Source: Candidatus Minimicrobia sp. QA0096 (GTDB lineage Bacteria > Patescibacteriota > Saccharimonadia > Saccharimonadales > Saccharimonadaceae). From it: 32,000 nucleotides of DNA. This document shows positions 10,566-20,873 of the stretch, piece after piece. The stretch spans positions 180,001-212,000 of the forward strand of contig NZ_OZ017288.1 in assembly GCF_963967315.1 (NCBI RefSeq). Direction: 5' to 3'. The notes beneath the pieces are model-generated. The model saw only the letters and a program-made list of their open reading frames with translations, was not told the origin of the DNA and did not search any database. Positions within the stretch are counted from its first letter, which is position 1; every line of letters begins with the position of its first letter. Position numbers and translations under genes: made by a program.

Positions 10566-10596
10566 AAAAATCCCCGGATTCGCTCCGAGGATTTTT
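10566..10596. terminator. Bidirectional terminator between the ThrE-family gene and fusA
   Basis: AAAAATCCCCGGA (10566-10578) pairs with TCCGAGGATTTTT (10584-10596) with one mismatch, loop TTCGC. A-run and T-run arms serve both strands. Confidence 0.7.
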
Positions 10597-10609
10597 TATG
10601 AGGTAGAGA

Positions 10610-12700
10610 TTATTTATTTCGCTTTTCGATAATCTCTTGCGCAACGTTTGGTGGAACTTCCTCGTATTGAGCTAATTCCATCGTTGAAGCGGCGCGACCC
10701 TGAGACATTGAGCGAATGTCCGATGTGTAGCCGAACATATTTGCTAATGGCACAAACGCCTTAATCAACTTAGCGCCACCCATCAAGTCTTCCATAGCGT
10801 CGATACGTCCGCGACGTGAGTTAAGGTCGCCGATGATGTCACCCATGAAGTCTTCTGGTGTAGTAACTTCAACCTTCATAACTGGCTCAAGCAAGATTGG
10901 GTTAGCCTGCTTAATACCTTCACGAGCAGCTATCGAACCTGCCAATGAGAACGCCAATTCTGAGGAGTCGACATCGTGGTATGAACCATCGTAAAGTGTA
11001 GCCTTAACGTCAACAACTGGATAGCCAGCAATAACACCGCCTTCCAATGTTTCGCGAATACCCTTCATTACGGCTGGGCGATATTCCTGAGGAACCACAC
11101 CACCCTTAATTTCATCAACGAATTCAAAGCCCTTACCAGTCTCATTTGGCTCAAAGCGAACCCAAACGTCACCATATTGACCGCGACCACCAGACTGCTT
11201 GGCGTGCTTACCTTGAACTTCAGAGCGACCCTTGATACTTTCGCGGAAGGCAACCTGAGGTTCACCAATATTGGCTTCAACCTTAAATTCGCGCTTCATA
11301 CGGTCAATAAGAATATCTAGTTGCAATTCACCCATTCCTGACATAATCGTCTGACCTGTTTCTTCGTCAGTATGAATTCGGAAAGTTGGGTCTTCTTCAG
11401 CCAAGCGCTGCAATGCCAACGCCATTTTTTCCTGGTCAGCCTTTGACTTTGGCTCAACCGCGATTGATACAGGTGGCTCTGGAAATTCAATTGATTCAAG
11501 AGTAATTGGATGCGCCACGTCAGACAACGTGTTACCAGTTGCGGTAGATTTCAGACCAACCACAGCAGCGATGTCACCAGCTTCAACCTTGCTAATTTCT
11601 TCACGCTTGTCAGCAAACATACGAACGATTCGTCCAATTCGCTCTTTCTCGCCAGTTGTCGTGTTAAGTACGTAGCTTCCTGAGTTCAGAACACCAGAAT
11701 AGACACGAACGAAGATCAATTTACCAACAAATGGGTCGGTAGCAATCTTAAACGCCAAAGCAGACAAAGGCTCTTTATCTGACGGCTTGCGGCTAACTTC
11801 GTCACCGGTCTTTGGATTCTTGCCCCAAATTTCATCAACGTCTAGCGGACTTGGCAAAAAGTCAACCATCAAGTCAAGCAACTTCTCAACGATCACACCG
11901 CGACCGTCACCACCAGTGACTAGGTAAAAGTCACCAGCCAAAACGCGCTTACGTAGAGCCATCTTTAGCTCGTCAACGGTAATAGCTTCTTCGCCTTGAT
12001 CCAAGAACTTCATCATCAATTCGTCATCAGCCTCAACAGCGTTTTCAACCAACAGAGAACGTGCGTTCTTAGCTTTTTCAAGCATGTCAGCTGGAATCTC
12101 ACCAACCTTCAACTCGTGATCTGTGTAGTCGTCGTAGGTGTAAGCCTTCATGTCAATCAAGTCGACAACACCGTGGATAGTCTTTTCAAAACCAATTGGC
12201 AAGTGAACTGGGAAAGCTTGCTTACTCAAGCGGTTGTGAATTGATTCTAGAGACTTGTAGAAGTCGCCACCAGTCTGATTAATCTTGTTAACGAAACAAA
12301 TACGTGGCACGCCGTACTTATTGGCCTGGCGCCAAACGGTTTCAGACTGAGCCTCAACACCCATCTTACCGTCAAAGACCGTAACTGCACCGTCAAGCAC
12401 ACGCAAACTACGCTCAACCTCAGCAGTAAAGTCGATGTGCCCTGGAGTGTCGATGATGTTAATCTTGTGATCTTTCCAGAAACAAGTCACAGCAGCTGAC
12501 GTAATAGTAATACCACGCTCTTTCTCCTGTGCCATCCAGTCGGTGGTAGCACCGTCACCTTCACCACGAACCACACCGATCTTATGTGTCAAGCCAGTGC
12601 GGTACAAAATACCCTCAGTTGTCGTCGTTTTACCGGCGTCAATATGGGCAATAATACCAATATTTCTAAAATTCTTTAGCGGAACATGCGTCTCTGCCAT
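10610..12700 (-). CDS. fusA: Elongation factor G
   Basis: 696 aa with AHIDAGKTT and DTPGHIDF. Full-length EF-G-like domain order. AAGGA SD upstream. Confidence 0.99.
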   Translation of the reverse strand: MAETHVPLKNFRNIGIIAHIDAGKTTTTEGILYRTGLTHKIGVVRGEGDGATTDWMAQEKERGITITSAAVTCFWKDHKINIIDTPGHIDFTAEVERSLRVLDGAVTVFDGKMGVEAQSETVWRQANKYGVPRICFVNKINQTGGDFYKSLESIHNRLSKQAFPVHLPIGFEKTIHGVVDLIDMKAYTYDDYTDHELKVGEIPADMLEKAKNARSLLVENAVEADDELMMKFLDQGEEAITVDELKMALRKRVLAGDFYLVTGGDGRGVIVEKLLDLMVDFLPSPLDVDEIWGKNPKTGDEVSRKPSDKEPLSALAFKIATDPFVGKLIFVRVYSGVLNSGSYVLNTTTGEKERIGRIVRMFADKREEISKVEAGDIAAVVGLKSTATGNTLSDVAHPITLESIEFPEPPVSIAVEPKSKADQEKMALALQRLAEEDPTFRIHTDEETGQTIMSGMGELQLDILIDRMKREFKVEANIGEPQVAFRESIKGRSEVQGKHAKQSGGRGQYGDVWVRFEPNETGKGFEFVDEIKGGVVPQEYRPAVMKGIRETLEGGVIAGYPVVDVKATLYDGSYHDVDSSELAFSLAGSIAAREGIKQANPILLEPVMKVEVTTPEDFMGDIIGDLNSRRGRIDAMEDLMGGAKLIKAFVPLANMFGYTSDIRSMSQGRAASTMELAQYEEVPPNVAQEIIEKRNK

Positions 12701-12778
12701 AAATTTTCCTTTATATTACGTTAATTTGCCGAGATTTTTGGTCAATTTTTTGGCACCAAAAAACTACTCTTGCGTTTT

Positions 12779-12807
12779 ATTATATCAGTTATCTATGTTT
12801 TTGACTA
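12779..12807 (-). promoter_or_regulatory. Putative promoter for fusA
   Basis: The minus strand reads TAGTCA (rc 12802-12807, overlapping the protease stop), a 17-nt spacer, then TATAAT (rc 12779-12784). Confidence 0.4.
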
Positions 12808-15282
12808 GCTCTGAGTCGGAGGATTTTTAGACTCGTTGTCGTTCTGAGCTGGCGCCGCAGGCTGATAGTTAGATGGAGACTGTTGCATAGGCGGCTGCGC
12901 GTATGTTGGCGGATATTGACCAGGTTGCTGTGGATAGTAGTTCTGCTGCGAATATTGTTGTTGCGGCGGAGTTGGTTGTTGATATGGCTGCTGTGGATAC
13001 TGAGACTGCTGCGGGAATTGTCCAGCGACAGGATATGGATAGGCATTCATATTTCGGCGATTACTGACAGAAACAGCAATTGCGATAATTGACACTGTTA
13101 AGAATAATGCTCCCGTTGAAAGAATCGCCACAACCACGATTATAACTGTAGTGTTATTTTCTGATTCACTCGTTCCAGCTTCTGCGCTAGATGTCTCGCT
13201 TTCCGTAGAATCATCTGGAGTATTGGATGAAACTTCGATCATCTTCGCCACCAAATAATTGTCGGGATATTTTTTATCCAATTGTTCAAATTTAGCTTTT
13301 GCCTGAGAATATTTACCTTGAGAAAAACTCTCCAAGCCATCTTTCCAGAGCTTAGTCAATTCGCCGTTTGCCGATAACGCAACATTATTTTTCTTCGCCA
13401 TAGTCTTCAGATCGGCGATATCACGAAATATTCCCTCTCCAAAACAAGAATTGTTGCGCTCGCTCCTATCCGCACAGGATGAACCGCCGTAGGTGTTTAG
13501 TCCAATCTGCTTACCATCGTCATCAAACGCTGGACCGCCACTGTTGCCTGCCGCAATTTGCGCGCTCATTGAAAATAGCTTATGTCCGCCCGCGTCACTG
13601 CCCGAACCAGAAACATTCCCCTGAGTAACGGTTGGCACAGTCTTACTCTTCTTCGTATTTACACCGTCATCGACAATTGCTGGATAACCAATCGCCGTCA
13701 CCCGATCACCTCTAGAAATCCTAGATCTATCGCCCAATTCTACCGCCGGAAATCGCCCTTCGACCTTCAGAATCGCCACATCACTTTTGTCGCTATTCAG
13801 GTCCATGCCACGACCCTTCAAATCAACTTCCGCGTCAATTTTCTTAGCTGGAATATTAGTCTTCGTCTTTTTCCACTTAAGATTGCCCGAACCGTCATCT
13901 TCGCGCGCAATAGGTTCGCTTGAGGTCTGAATGACATAATCGTATCGATCGTTTTGCGAACGTATATTATCGGCAGGAACTTGGTTGATAAGACCGAGAA
14001 TTGCCGCTTGCGCACTCTGATCGCCGCCGTTAGCCTTATTTGCCAAATCCCGAAGCGTCTCTCGAGTCACATAGCCCGCATCTACCACAAACTTTATATA
14101 TTTATTCATGTTTTCTTGCGTGTTGAGACCCATGATCATACTCTGATTAGAAACTTCAGTAACATGCCCGTTTGTAGCAATGTAGCCGTCATCAGAAACA
14201 ATCGATCCACTACCAATTCCGCCCGTACACAAACCATTCAGCTGCATACTAGCACCGTTCTGTGCCGTATAGATCATATCCGCACAACGATATGTCCCTA
14301 CACGGACCGTAGCAATTTGATTCCTTGCCACCACTTTAATAACAGAATCTTCGTCTAGTTCATCCAAGGTATTCGTAGTGTCCTTATCTTCTGAGAAATT
14401 TTCCGCCTTAGTTTCGGTCTTAGCTATCGTAGCGGAAGCCACTTGCGCCTCATTGTTGCCATCAGCCCTAACCAAGTAGCTACTGTCTGGATTCTGGAAA
14501 GTAACCTTAGCAACCAGCGCCTCCAGCTGGTCAATATATGGCTGCGTGTACGAATTTTTACTCAATGCAAAAATCGTCATCCAGTAAGGTCTGCCGTTCT
14601 GAATCGTTAAATAAGTTATTTTTTCACCAGTTTTCTGCCACTTGCCATCAATAGTGCTTCCGTAATCGACGACCATCTTCTTAAACTTCTTCCCAGAAAT
14701 CGTCGCGTCGCTAGTGTGATATTTTAAGTTCGGATTATCCTTTTTCTGCTTGTTGATATCGCCCTGAAGCATTAAATCCAAATCTGAATATTTCTTCGTG
14801 TCCTTGTATTCCTCGGGCATCGTTGAGCGATCAAAATAAGCTTTTTTGCGCGAAGTTATGATTGAGAAGTCTGGCATAATCTTCCTAAACGAGAAGTTCT
14901 CTTCTTCCTCCTTCGGCTTTTCTGAACCTTTCCTAAAATGCAATCGCAAAATCGCATAAGCGCGGCTTTCTTTCAATTCATCATCGGCATACGTAGTGGC
15001 GCTATACTGTTTTTCATTAGAGTCTTTATTTAAAACGTGACCTTCGCCAGTAAAAATACTCTTATCGTACCGAATCGAATAGCCATATTTGGAAACGACC
15101 TTCTGCGAGTTCTTAGCATCTTCTTCGGCAAAAATCTTCTGGATCTTCTTTTTTGCGGTTTTACTAACTCCGGAAGAGCGGTTATTATTAACGACAATCA
15201 GCCCAACTATAACAGAGATCAAGAAAACTACACCCAGAACGATGGCTGCAATTTTTAATTTCTTCATTGACTTATGGTTCAT
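12805..15282 (-). CDS. Membrane-anchored trypsin-like (S1/HtrA-type) serine protease with a C-terminal second TM and Q/P/Y-rich tail
   Basis: 825 aa. N-terminal TM IAAIVLGVVFLISVIVGLIVV. Catalytic triad context GSGSIVSDDGYIATNGHV (His), SDVAILKV (Asp), GNSGGPAFDDDGKQIGLNT (Ser). A helical TPR-like stretch (SQGKYSQAKAKFEQLDKKYPDNYLVAKM) is followed by a second TM TVIIVVVAILSTGALFLTVSIIAIAVSV and an 86-aa low-complexity tail. Confidence 0.85.
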   Translation of the reverse strand: MNHKSMKKLKIAAIVLGVVFLISVIVGLIVVNNNRSSGVSKTAKKKIQKIFAEEDAKNSQKVVSKYGYSIRYDKSIFTGEGHVLNKDSNEKQYSATTYADDELKESRAYAILRLHFRKGSEKPKEEEENFSFRKIMPDFSIITSRKKAYFDRSTMPEEYKDTKKYSDLDLMLQGDINKQKKDNPNLKYHTSDATISGKKFKKMVVDYGSTIDGKWQKTGEKITYLTIQNGRPYWMTIFALSKNSYTQPYIDQLEALVAKVTFQNPDSSYLVRADGNNEAQVASATIAKTETKAENFSEDKDTTNTLDELDEDSVIKVVARNQIATVRVGTYRCADMIYTAQNGASMQLNGLCTGGIGSGSIVSDDGYIATNGHVTEVSNQSMIMGLNTQENMNKYIKFVVDAGYVTRETLRDLANKANGGDQSAQAAILGLINQVPADNIRSQNDRYDYVIQTSSEPIAREDDGSGNLKWKKTKTNIPAKKIDAEVDLKGRGMDLNSDKSDVAILKVEGRFPAVELGDRSRISRGDRVTAIGYPAIVDDGVNTKKSKTVPTVTQGNVSGSGSDAGGHKLFSMSAQIAAGNSGGPAFDDDGKQIGLNTYGGSSCADRSERNNSCFGEGIFRDIADLKTMAKKNNVALSANGELTKLWKDGLESFSQGKYSQAKAKFEQLDKKYPDNYLVAKMIEVSSNTPDDSTESETSSAEAGTSESENNTTVIIVVVAILSTGALFLTVSIIAIAVSVSNRRNMNAYPYPVAGQFPQQSQYPQQPYQQPTPPQQQYSQQNYYPQQPGQYPPTYAQPPMQQSPSNYQPAAPAQNDNESKNPPTQS

Positions 15283-15294
15283 ACCGCTCCAACC

Positions 15295-15789
15295 CTAACG
15301 ATAATTTACAAACTGCAGAGGTGTATCATAATCACTTTCTCGTAATAAACTAATGACTTTTTGCAGTTCATCCTTCGACGCAGAAGTAACACGAACGAGG
15401 TCGCCCTGAATTTGCGGCTTAGCTTTCGGCGCATTAGCGCGAATATCAGCGGCAATCTGCTTCGCCATCGGCTGATCAAGGCCTTGCTTGAACGTAATCT
15501 CCCAAGTAGTCTTCAGGTTCGAAACAACTTTCTCTTTTGACAAATCCAGAACTTTGCTCGACTGACCACGCCCCGCCAATTTCTTGCGCACGATATCCAG
15601 AACAGCATCAACTTGCCAATCATTGTCGCCGGTAATTTTCAGACCCTTTTTATCATCCAGCCAATCAATTGCCGCGCTCGTCCCCTTAAAATCATAACGC
15701 CCTTGGATTTCTTTTTCAGCCTGCATGAAAACATTATTCATCTCAGCCTTGTCAATTTCTGACACAATATCAAACGAAAAACTCGCCAT
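15295..15789 (-). CDS. yajQ: YajQ-family (UPF0234) nucleotide-binding protein
   Basis: 164 aa. The N-terminus MASFSFDIVSEIDKAEMNNV....RYDFKG matches the YajQ hallmark MPSFDIVSE...RFDF. AGGAGGG SD upstream. The stop lies 12 nt before the protease start. Confidence 0.85.
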   Translation of the reverse strand: MASFSFDIVSEIDKAEMNNVFMQAEKEIQGRYDFKGTSAAIDWLDDKKGLKITGDNDWQVDAVLDIVRKKLAGRGQSSKVLDLSKEKVVSNLKTTWEITFKQGLDQPMAKQIAADIRANAPKAKPQIQGDLVRVTSASKDELQKVISLLRESDYDTPLQFVNYR

Positions 15790-15810
15790 TTCTCCCTCCT
15801 AATTTTTTCT

Positions 15811-15845
15811 ATTATATCAAAAAATCGCCCCGTTTAGAGCGATTT
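15811..15845 (-). terminator. rpsG terminator overlapping an extended -10 promoter for yajQ
   Basis: The minus strand has stem AAATCGC/GCGATTT (15822-15828 with 15839-15845), a 10-nt loop and a T-run. TGATATAAT (rc 15811-15819) follows immediately, 21 nt upstream of the yajQ ATG. Confidence 0.55.
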
Positions 15846-15869
15846 CCTGATTTTGCTTTCAAGCAATAA

Positions 15870-16349
15870 TTAGCCACGAGCAAAGTGCGCAAAGGCGCGG
15901 TTAGCTTCAGCCATCTTATGAGTGTCTTCCTTCTTCTTAAAGGCAGCACCAGCTTCATTGTAAGCGTCAACGATTTCCAACGCCAATCGCTGTGAATATG
16001 GCATTCCACTGCGAGCGCGAGCTGATTGAACTAACCAACTGAACGCATAGTGCAATTGACGATGCCCCTGAACTGGGAATGGAATCTGGTAGTTAGCACC
16101 ACCAACGCGACGAGATTTAACCTCAAAGCTTGGGCTAACGTTCTTCAATGCTTTTTCAAACACTGCCAATGGATCTTCAGAATCCAATTTCTTAGCAGCA
16201 GTTTCTAGAGCTGTGTAGACAGCGCGTTCAGCCGCCAACTTTTTACCGTCTAGCATTGACTTGTTGATCAAACGCTGAACTAGTACGCTTTGATATCGGC
16301 GATCAGGTTTAAGTTCACGTTGCAACTTCTTGGTAACTTTACGAGGCAT
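15870..16349 (-). CDS. rpsG: 30S ribosomal protein S7
   Basis: 159 aa beginning MPRKVTKKLQRELKPDRRYQS, ending ...AHFARG. Typical S7 sequence. It starts 2 nt after the rpsL stop. Confidence 0.99.
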   Translation of the reverse strand: MPRKVTKKLQRELKPDRRYQSVLVQRLINKSMLDGKKLAAERAVYTALETAAKKLDSEDPLAVFEKALKNVSPSFEVKSRRVGGANYQIPFPVQGHRQLHYAFSWLVQSARARSGMPYSQRLALEIVDAYNEAGAAFKKKEDTHKMAEANRAFAHFARG

Positions 16350-16351
16350 GA

Positions 16352-16765
16352 TTATTTATCCCCTTTCTTTGTACCGTACTTAGAGCGACCCTTCTTACGG
16401 TTGTTAACACCCTGAAGGTCAAGTGCACCACGTACGATGTGATAACGCACACCAGGAAGGTCAGGCACACGACCACCGCGGATCAAGACCACAGCGTGCT
16501 CCTGCAAGTTGTGACCTTCACCACCGATGTACGCCCAAACTTCATAGCCATTGTTCAACTTAACACGAGCAACTTTACGCAAAGCTGAGTTTGGTTTCTT
16601 TGGCGTCTTAGTCGTCACACGCACACAAACACCACGCTTAAGCGGTGCATTCTGGTCGTAATAACGTGTTTTTAGGGCGTTATGAATACGACCTAGTGCT
16701 GGCGACTTGGACTTTTTCTTAGCCGTTTGGCGCGGTTTGCGCACCAATTGGTTGATTGTTGGCAT
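16352..16765 (-). CDS. rpsL: 30S ribosomal protein S12
   Basis: 137 aa with [12 protein letters not shown]... and [15 protein letters not shown]. Typical S12 sequence. AAGGAG SD upstream. Confidence 0.99.
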   Translation of the reverse strand: MPTINQLVRKPRQTAKKKSKSPALGRIHNALKTRYYDQNAPLKRGVCVRVTTKTPKKPNSALRKVARVKLNNGYEVWAYIGGEGHNLQEHAVVLIRGGRVPDLPGVRYHIVRGALDLQGVNNRKKGRSKYGTKKGDK

Positions 16766-16791
16766 CCAATTTCTCCTTGGTTGATTAACTA

Positions 16792-16800
16792 ATTATGGCA
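16792..16800 (-). promoter_or_regulatory. Putative extended -10 promoter for rpsL-rpsG (proximal)
   Basis: The minus strand reads TGCCATAAT, 26 nt upstream of the rpsL ATG. A second candidate lies further upstream: TAGATA-17-TGTTATAAT, with the -10 at rc 16920-16925. Confidence 0.4.
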
Positions 16801-16990
16801 ATTTGCCTTACGGTTTGGATTCAGCAACTCCTCTCCGTGTCTATACCTTTTCCGCCGAGATTGCGATCTGTACACATTCAAAACACCGCGCACTCCGAAA
16901 AGAGGAAACTCTGAGAAGAATTATAACACACTTGACGTCAAATATCTACCCAAAATATAAAAATAATAGATGTCACTAAAATTTAATAGA

Positions 16991-17016
16991 AAACCGCCCC
17001 GGAATTGAGGCGGTTT
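16991..17016 (-). terminator. Intrinsic terminator after rpoC
   Basis: AAACCGCC (16991-16998) pairs with GGCGGTTT (17009-17016), 10-nt loop. On the minus strand it is followed by TTTTCTATTAAATTTT. Confidence 0.7.
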
Positions 17017-17038
17017 CTGTAGTTGCGAAGCCTACTTA

Positions 17039-20000
17039 TTAAGCGACGAATTCTTCTTCAGCAAGTTCGTCTTCACCCGGTGTTTCGAATTCTTCATCTT
17101 CTTCGACAGCGCCAGTTCCTACTGGAATCTTGCGGCCGATGATGACGTTTTCCTTCAAACCGTGCAAGTGGTCGGCTCGACCAGATACAGCAGCATTGAT
17201 CAAGACGCGAGTAGTGTCTTGGAAGGATGCGGCTGATAGCCATGAATCACTCCAGATTGACACCTTCGTGATACCGAGTAGCAATTGAGTGTAGCTAATC
17301 AAGTTCTTACCTTCAGCAGCCAATTGCTTATTTGCATTAACCACAGCGGCCTTAGAAACGATGTCGCCAGTCACGAATTCGCTATCACCAGCATCTTCGA
17401 TTTGCACGCGACTAAACATCTGTCGAACAATAATCTCCAAGTGCTTGTCAGCCACGTCCTGACCCTGAGCAGCGTAGATTCGCAGAACTTCGTTGATGAT
17501 GTAGCGCTGAGTTGCCTCAACACCCTTAAGTCGCATCAAATCGTGCAAGTTCAATGATCCAGCCGTCAATCGATCGCCAGCTTCAACAACATCGTTTGCC
17601 TTAACGACCAACTGCATATTGCCTGGGATTTCGTAGCGAGTTGGCGAAGCAGCCTCTGCCGCGATCACCAAAGTATCCTCAGCCGACTCAATCACACCGT
17701 CAAATGGCGCAATCAAAGGTCGAGTGTCGCTCTCGCCAGTTGCTAAGACGTCGCCAGCCTTGACGCTTGAGCCAGCCTTAACCACAACAGTTCGTCCCTC
17801 TAATGGCAATCGCTCAACCTTGCCAGATTCTGGTGTAATTTGAACGATATATTTCTTGCCATCTTCCCAAACGTCAACCAAACCAGCAACTTCCGTAATG
17901 AATGCTTGACCCTTTGGTGTGCGCGCTTCAAACAACTCTTCAACACGAGGAAGACCTTGGGTAATGTCACCACCAGCAACACCAGAGTTGTGGAAGGTAC
18001 GAAGCGTCAACTGAGTACCCGGCTCACCGACTGACTGAGCGGCGATAACGCCAACTGGCTGATGATTGCCAACCAATTTACCAGTCGACATATCAATACC
18101 GTAACTTCGCTGCGGAATGCCGTTAAGGTTATTTGTTGATAATACGGACTGAATCTTAACGCTTTCAATGCTTTCGTCGTCATCAATTGAATCTGCGATT
18201 TCACGCGTGATCAATTCGTTCTTATTGACGTGACCTGGAATTGTTTCAGCAGCATAACGACCAGCCAAACGGTTTGAGAAGTCAATCATCGTCTCTTCGG
18301 TTTCTGATCGGTAAATTGCGTAACCTTCATCGTCGCCATCAGTATCTTCAACGGTAAAGACGTCTTGTGCAACGTCAACCAAACGACGAGTCAAGTAACC
18401 CGAGTCGGCAGTCTTAAGAGCCGTGTCAATAAGACCCTTGCGCGCACCACGGGTTGCGATAAAGGCCTCAAGGCTAGACAAACCGCCCGTGTAAGAGCTG
18501 CGGATTGGAAGCTCAATCTCATGGTTGGTTGCGTCCATCTGAACACCAATCATCGCGCTCGCCAACTTCACGTTGGAAATATCACCACGAGCACCAGAGT
18601 TGACCATCATAGAAATACTGGTGTCCATATGCGCCAATTGGTCTTTCAGGAATGCCGTAATCTTATTGTCGACGTTTCGCCATGCGCTAACCGTCAAGTT
18701 GTATCGCTCTTCCTCAGTAATCAAACCTTGGTCGAATTGCTCAGAAATCAAAGCCGCCTTAGCATCACCTTCAGCCACAAACTGAGGGATTTCCTCGAAG
18801 TGGACGTAGTCGGTCATACCGGTCGACACAGCCGCAACCGTAGCAAAGCGGAAAGCTTGACCCTTCATACGGTCAGCAATCTTAGCAGTTTCCTCGGCGC
18901 CGTACTTGTTAAAGATTTGCGCCAGCACTTTCTTAAGCTGCTTCTTAGTCTGGACGTTGTTGTCGTATGGGAAATCTTCAGGCAGAATCTCATTGAAGAA
19001 GACGCGACCCAAAGTTGTTTCACGCATTTTACCTTTCGCAAAGATACGAATTGGGGTTTGCAATTGAATTACGCCATTGTCGTAAGCCATTTCTGCTTCG
19101 TAAACAGAGCTGTAAGTTTTAACCTTATCAGTCTGAGCTTGCGGCTTATCGTAAGTCAAGTAATAGTTACCAAGCACAATGTCCTGAGAAATGTGCAACA
19201 CTGGCGCACCATCAGCAGGCTTCAACAAGTTGGCAGTTGCACTCATCAATTCACGAGCTTCAGCCTGAGCCTCTTTTGATAGCGGCAAGTGAACAGCCAT
19301 CTGGTCACCGTCGAAGTCGGCGTTAAATCCGGCACAAACTAGCGGGTGCAACTGAATAGCTTTTCCCTCAACCAAAACTGGCTGGAAGGCTTGAATTGAC
19401 AAACGGTGCAAACTTGGTGCGCGGTTAAGCAACACGTACTTGCCTTCAATTGCTGAATCCAGCGCGTCCCAAACTACCGCTTCACCAGCTTCAATTAGGC
19501 GTGAAGCCGAGCGAATATTGTGCGCAAATTCGTTCTTAATTAACCAGCTAATCACGAACGGCTTGAACAATTCCAGCGCCATTTGCTTTGGCAAACCACA
19601 TTGGTTAATCTTCAATTTTGGACCAACCACGATAACCGAGCGACCAGAATAGTCAACACGCTTACCAAGAAGGTTCTGGCGGAAGCGACCCTGCTTACCC
19701 TTTAGCATATCGCTCAAGCTCTTCAAACTGCGGCGACCGCCAGTCGAGCTAACTGCACGACCGCGAGATGCTGAATTGTCAATCAAAGCATCAACAGCTT
19801 CCTGAAGCATGCGCTTTTCATTGCGCTGAATAACTTCTGGCGCGTTAAGCTCAATCAACTTCTTCAAGCGATTGTTTCGGTTGATAATTCGGCGATACAA
19901 ATCATTCAAGTCAGATGTCGCAAATCGACCACCAGACAACGCCACCATTGGACGAAGATCTGGAGGAATCACTGGCAGAACGGTCATACATAGGCTCGAC

Positions 20001-20872
20001 GGCTTAATGCCAGCAGATTCCATACTCTCGAGCATCTTCAAGCGCTTTAGCAACTTCTTCTGTCGCTGACCTTTTGCAGTTTCAACTTCTTCAGTCAATT
20101 CAGCGATAAGCTTTGGCAACTCAATCTTGTCCAAGAGTTCTTTGACTGCGCTGGCACCCATGCCAACTTCAATCAATTCGTCATATTCTTCTGGCAAGTT
20201 GCGATATTCGCTCTCTGAGATCAAAGCGCCGAAATTCAAGCTCTCCAATTGAGATTTCTTACCAACGTAAGATTCTTCCAATTCCTCGACTTCACGGCTC
20301 TGCTCTTTAGCTAGTTGCTTAACATCAGCACCATCTTCTTCAGCCATTTTTTCGTAGCGGATTTTGATAGCCTTGCGAGCCAAATCAGTTTCCGCTTCCA
20401 AATCTGCCAAATATTGATCACGAGTTGCTTCATCAACGTTTAAGATGACGTAAGTTGCAAAGTAAACGATCTTCTCAATATTGCGAACCGTCATACCAAG
20501 TAACTGGCTCATTGCGCTTGGAGTACCACGCATAAACCAAATGTGCGCTACAGGAACTGCCAATTGAATGTGGCCCATTCGCTCACGACGAACGATTGAC
20601 TTAGTGACTAATTCGCCATTCTTATCGACAGCAGCTTCGCGTGAACGTACACCCTTAAGCTTTGAGTCGTGTGGATTGATGTCCTTAACTGGACCAAAGA
20701 TTCGCTCACAGAACAATCCGTCGCGTTCTGGCTTTTGTGTGCGATAGTTAATTGTCTCTGGCTTCAAAACTTCGCCGTAGCTCCATTTCAGAATGTCTTC
20801 TGGGCTAGCTACCGCCAAACGAACCGCGTCAAAATCGCTGATGCCCGTTGCGTTAAATGCAGAATTTGCCAT
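17039..20872 (-). CDS. rpoC: DNA-directed RNA polymerase subunit beta'
   Basis: 1277 aa. Catalytic [12 protein letters not shown] motif and full-length beta' architecture. The ATG lies 1 nt after the rpoB stop. Confidence 0.99.
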   Translation of the reverse strand: MANSAFNATGISDFDAVRLAVASPEDILKWSYGEVLKPETINYRTQKPERDGLFCERIFGPVKDINPHDSKLKGVRSREAAVDKNGELVTKSIVRRERMGHIQLAVPVAHIWFMRGTPSAMSQLLGMTVRNIEKIVYFATYVILNVDEATRDQYLADLEAETDLARKAIKIRYEKMAEEDGADVKQLAKEQSREVEELEESYVGKKSQLESLNFGALISESEYRNLPEEYDELIEVGMGASAVKELLDKIELPKLIAELTEEVETAKGQRQKKLLKRLKMLESMESAGIKPSSLCMTVLPVIPPDLRPMVALSGGRFATSDLNDLYRRIINRNNRLKKLIELNAPEVIQRNEKRMLQEAVDALIDNSASRGRAVSSTGGRRSLKSLSDMLKGKQGRFRQNLLGKRVDYSGRSVIVVGPKLKINQCGLPKQMALELFKPFVISWLIKNEFAHNIRSASRLIEAGEAVVWDALDSAIEGKYVLLNRAPSLHRLSIQAFQPVLVEGKAIQLHPLVCAGFNADFDGDQMAVHLPLSKEAQAEARELMSATANLLKPADGAPVLHISQDIVLGNYYLTYDKPQAQTDKVKTYSSVYEAEMAYDNGVIQLQTPIRIFAKGKMRETTLGRVFFNEILPEDFPYDNNVQTKKQLKKVLAQIFNKYGAEETAKIADRMKGQAFRFATVAAVSTGMTDYVHFEEIPQFVAEGDAKAALISEQFDQGLITEEERYNLTVSAWRNVDNKITAFLKDQLAHMDTSISMMVNSGARGDISNVKLASAMIGVQMDATNHEIELPIRSSYTGGLSSLEAFIATRGARKGLIDTALKTADSGYLTRRLVDVAQDVFTVEDTDGDDEGYAIYRSETEETMIDFSNRLAGRYAAETIPGHVNKNELITREIADSIDDDESIESVKIQSVLSTNNLNGIPQRSYGIDMSTGKLVGNHQPVGVIAAQSVGEPGTQLTLRTFHNSGVAGGDITQGLPRVEELFEARTPKGQAFITEVAGLVDVWEDGKKYIVQITPESGKVERLPLEGRTVVVKAGSSVKAGDVLATGESDTRPLIAPFDGVIESAEDTLVIAAEAASPTRYEIPGNMQLVVKANDVVEAGDRLTAGSLNLHDLMRLKGVEATQRYIINEVLRIYAAQGQDVADKHLEIIVRQMFSRVQIEDAGDSEFVTGDIVSKAAVVNANKQLAAEGKNLISYTQLLLGITKVSIWSDSWLSAASFQDTTRVLINAAVSGRADHLHGLKENVIIGRKIPVGTGAVEEDEEFETPGEDELAEEEFVA

Positions 20873-20873
20873 C

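Noticed and set aside
12808-13065. Q/P codon-rich DNA considered as a tandem repeat or phase-variable tract
   Set aside because: The repeats are degenerate (mixed CAG/CAA/CCN/TAT codons) with no perfect tandem unit or homopolymer long enough to suggest slipped-strand switching.
16766-17038. 273-nt rpoC-rpsL intergenic region considered as a tRNA or structured ncRNA or r-protein leader
   Set aside because: I found no cloverleaf, no T-loop GTTCGAATC-like box, and only short (4-5 bp) hairpins apart from the rpoC terminator. It is better explained as terminator plus promoter(s) plus the rpsL leader. An S12-type leader cannot be excluded without a covariance-model search.
18365-19279. 304-aa plus-strand ORF, with other plus ORFs inside rpoC and rpoB (for example 23379-23948, 23014-23394)
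   Set aside because: They are antisense to unmistakable rpoC and rpoB coding sequence and have no start signals. They are typical long shadow ORFs of highly expressed genes.
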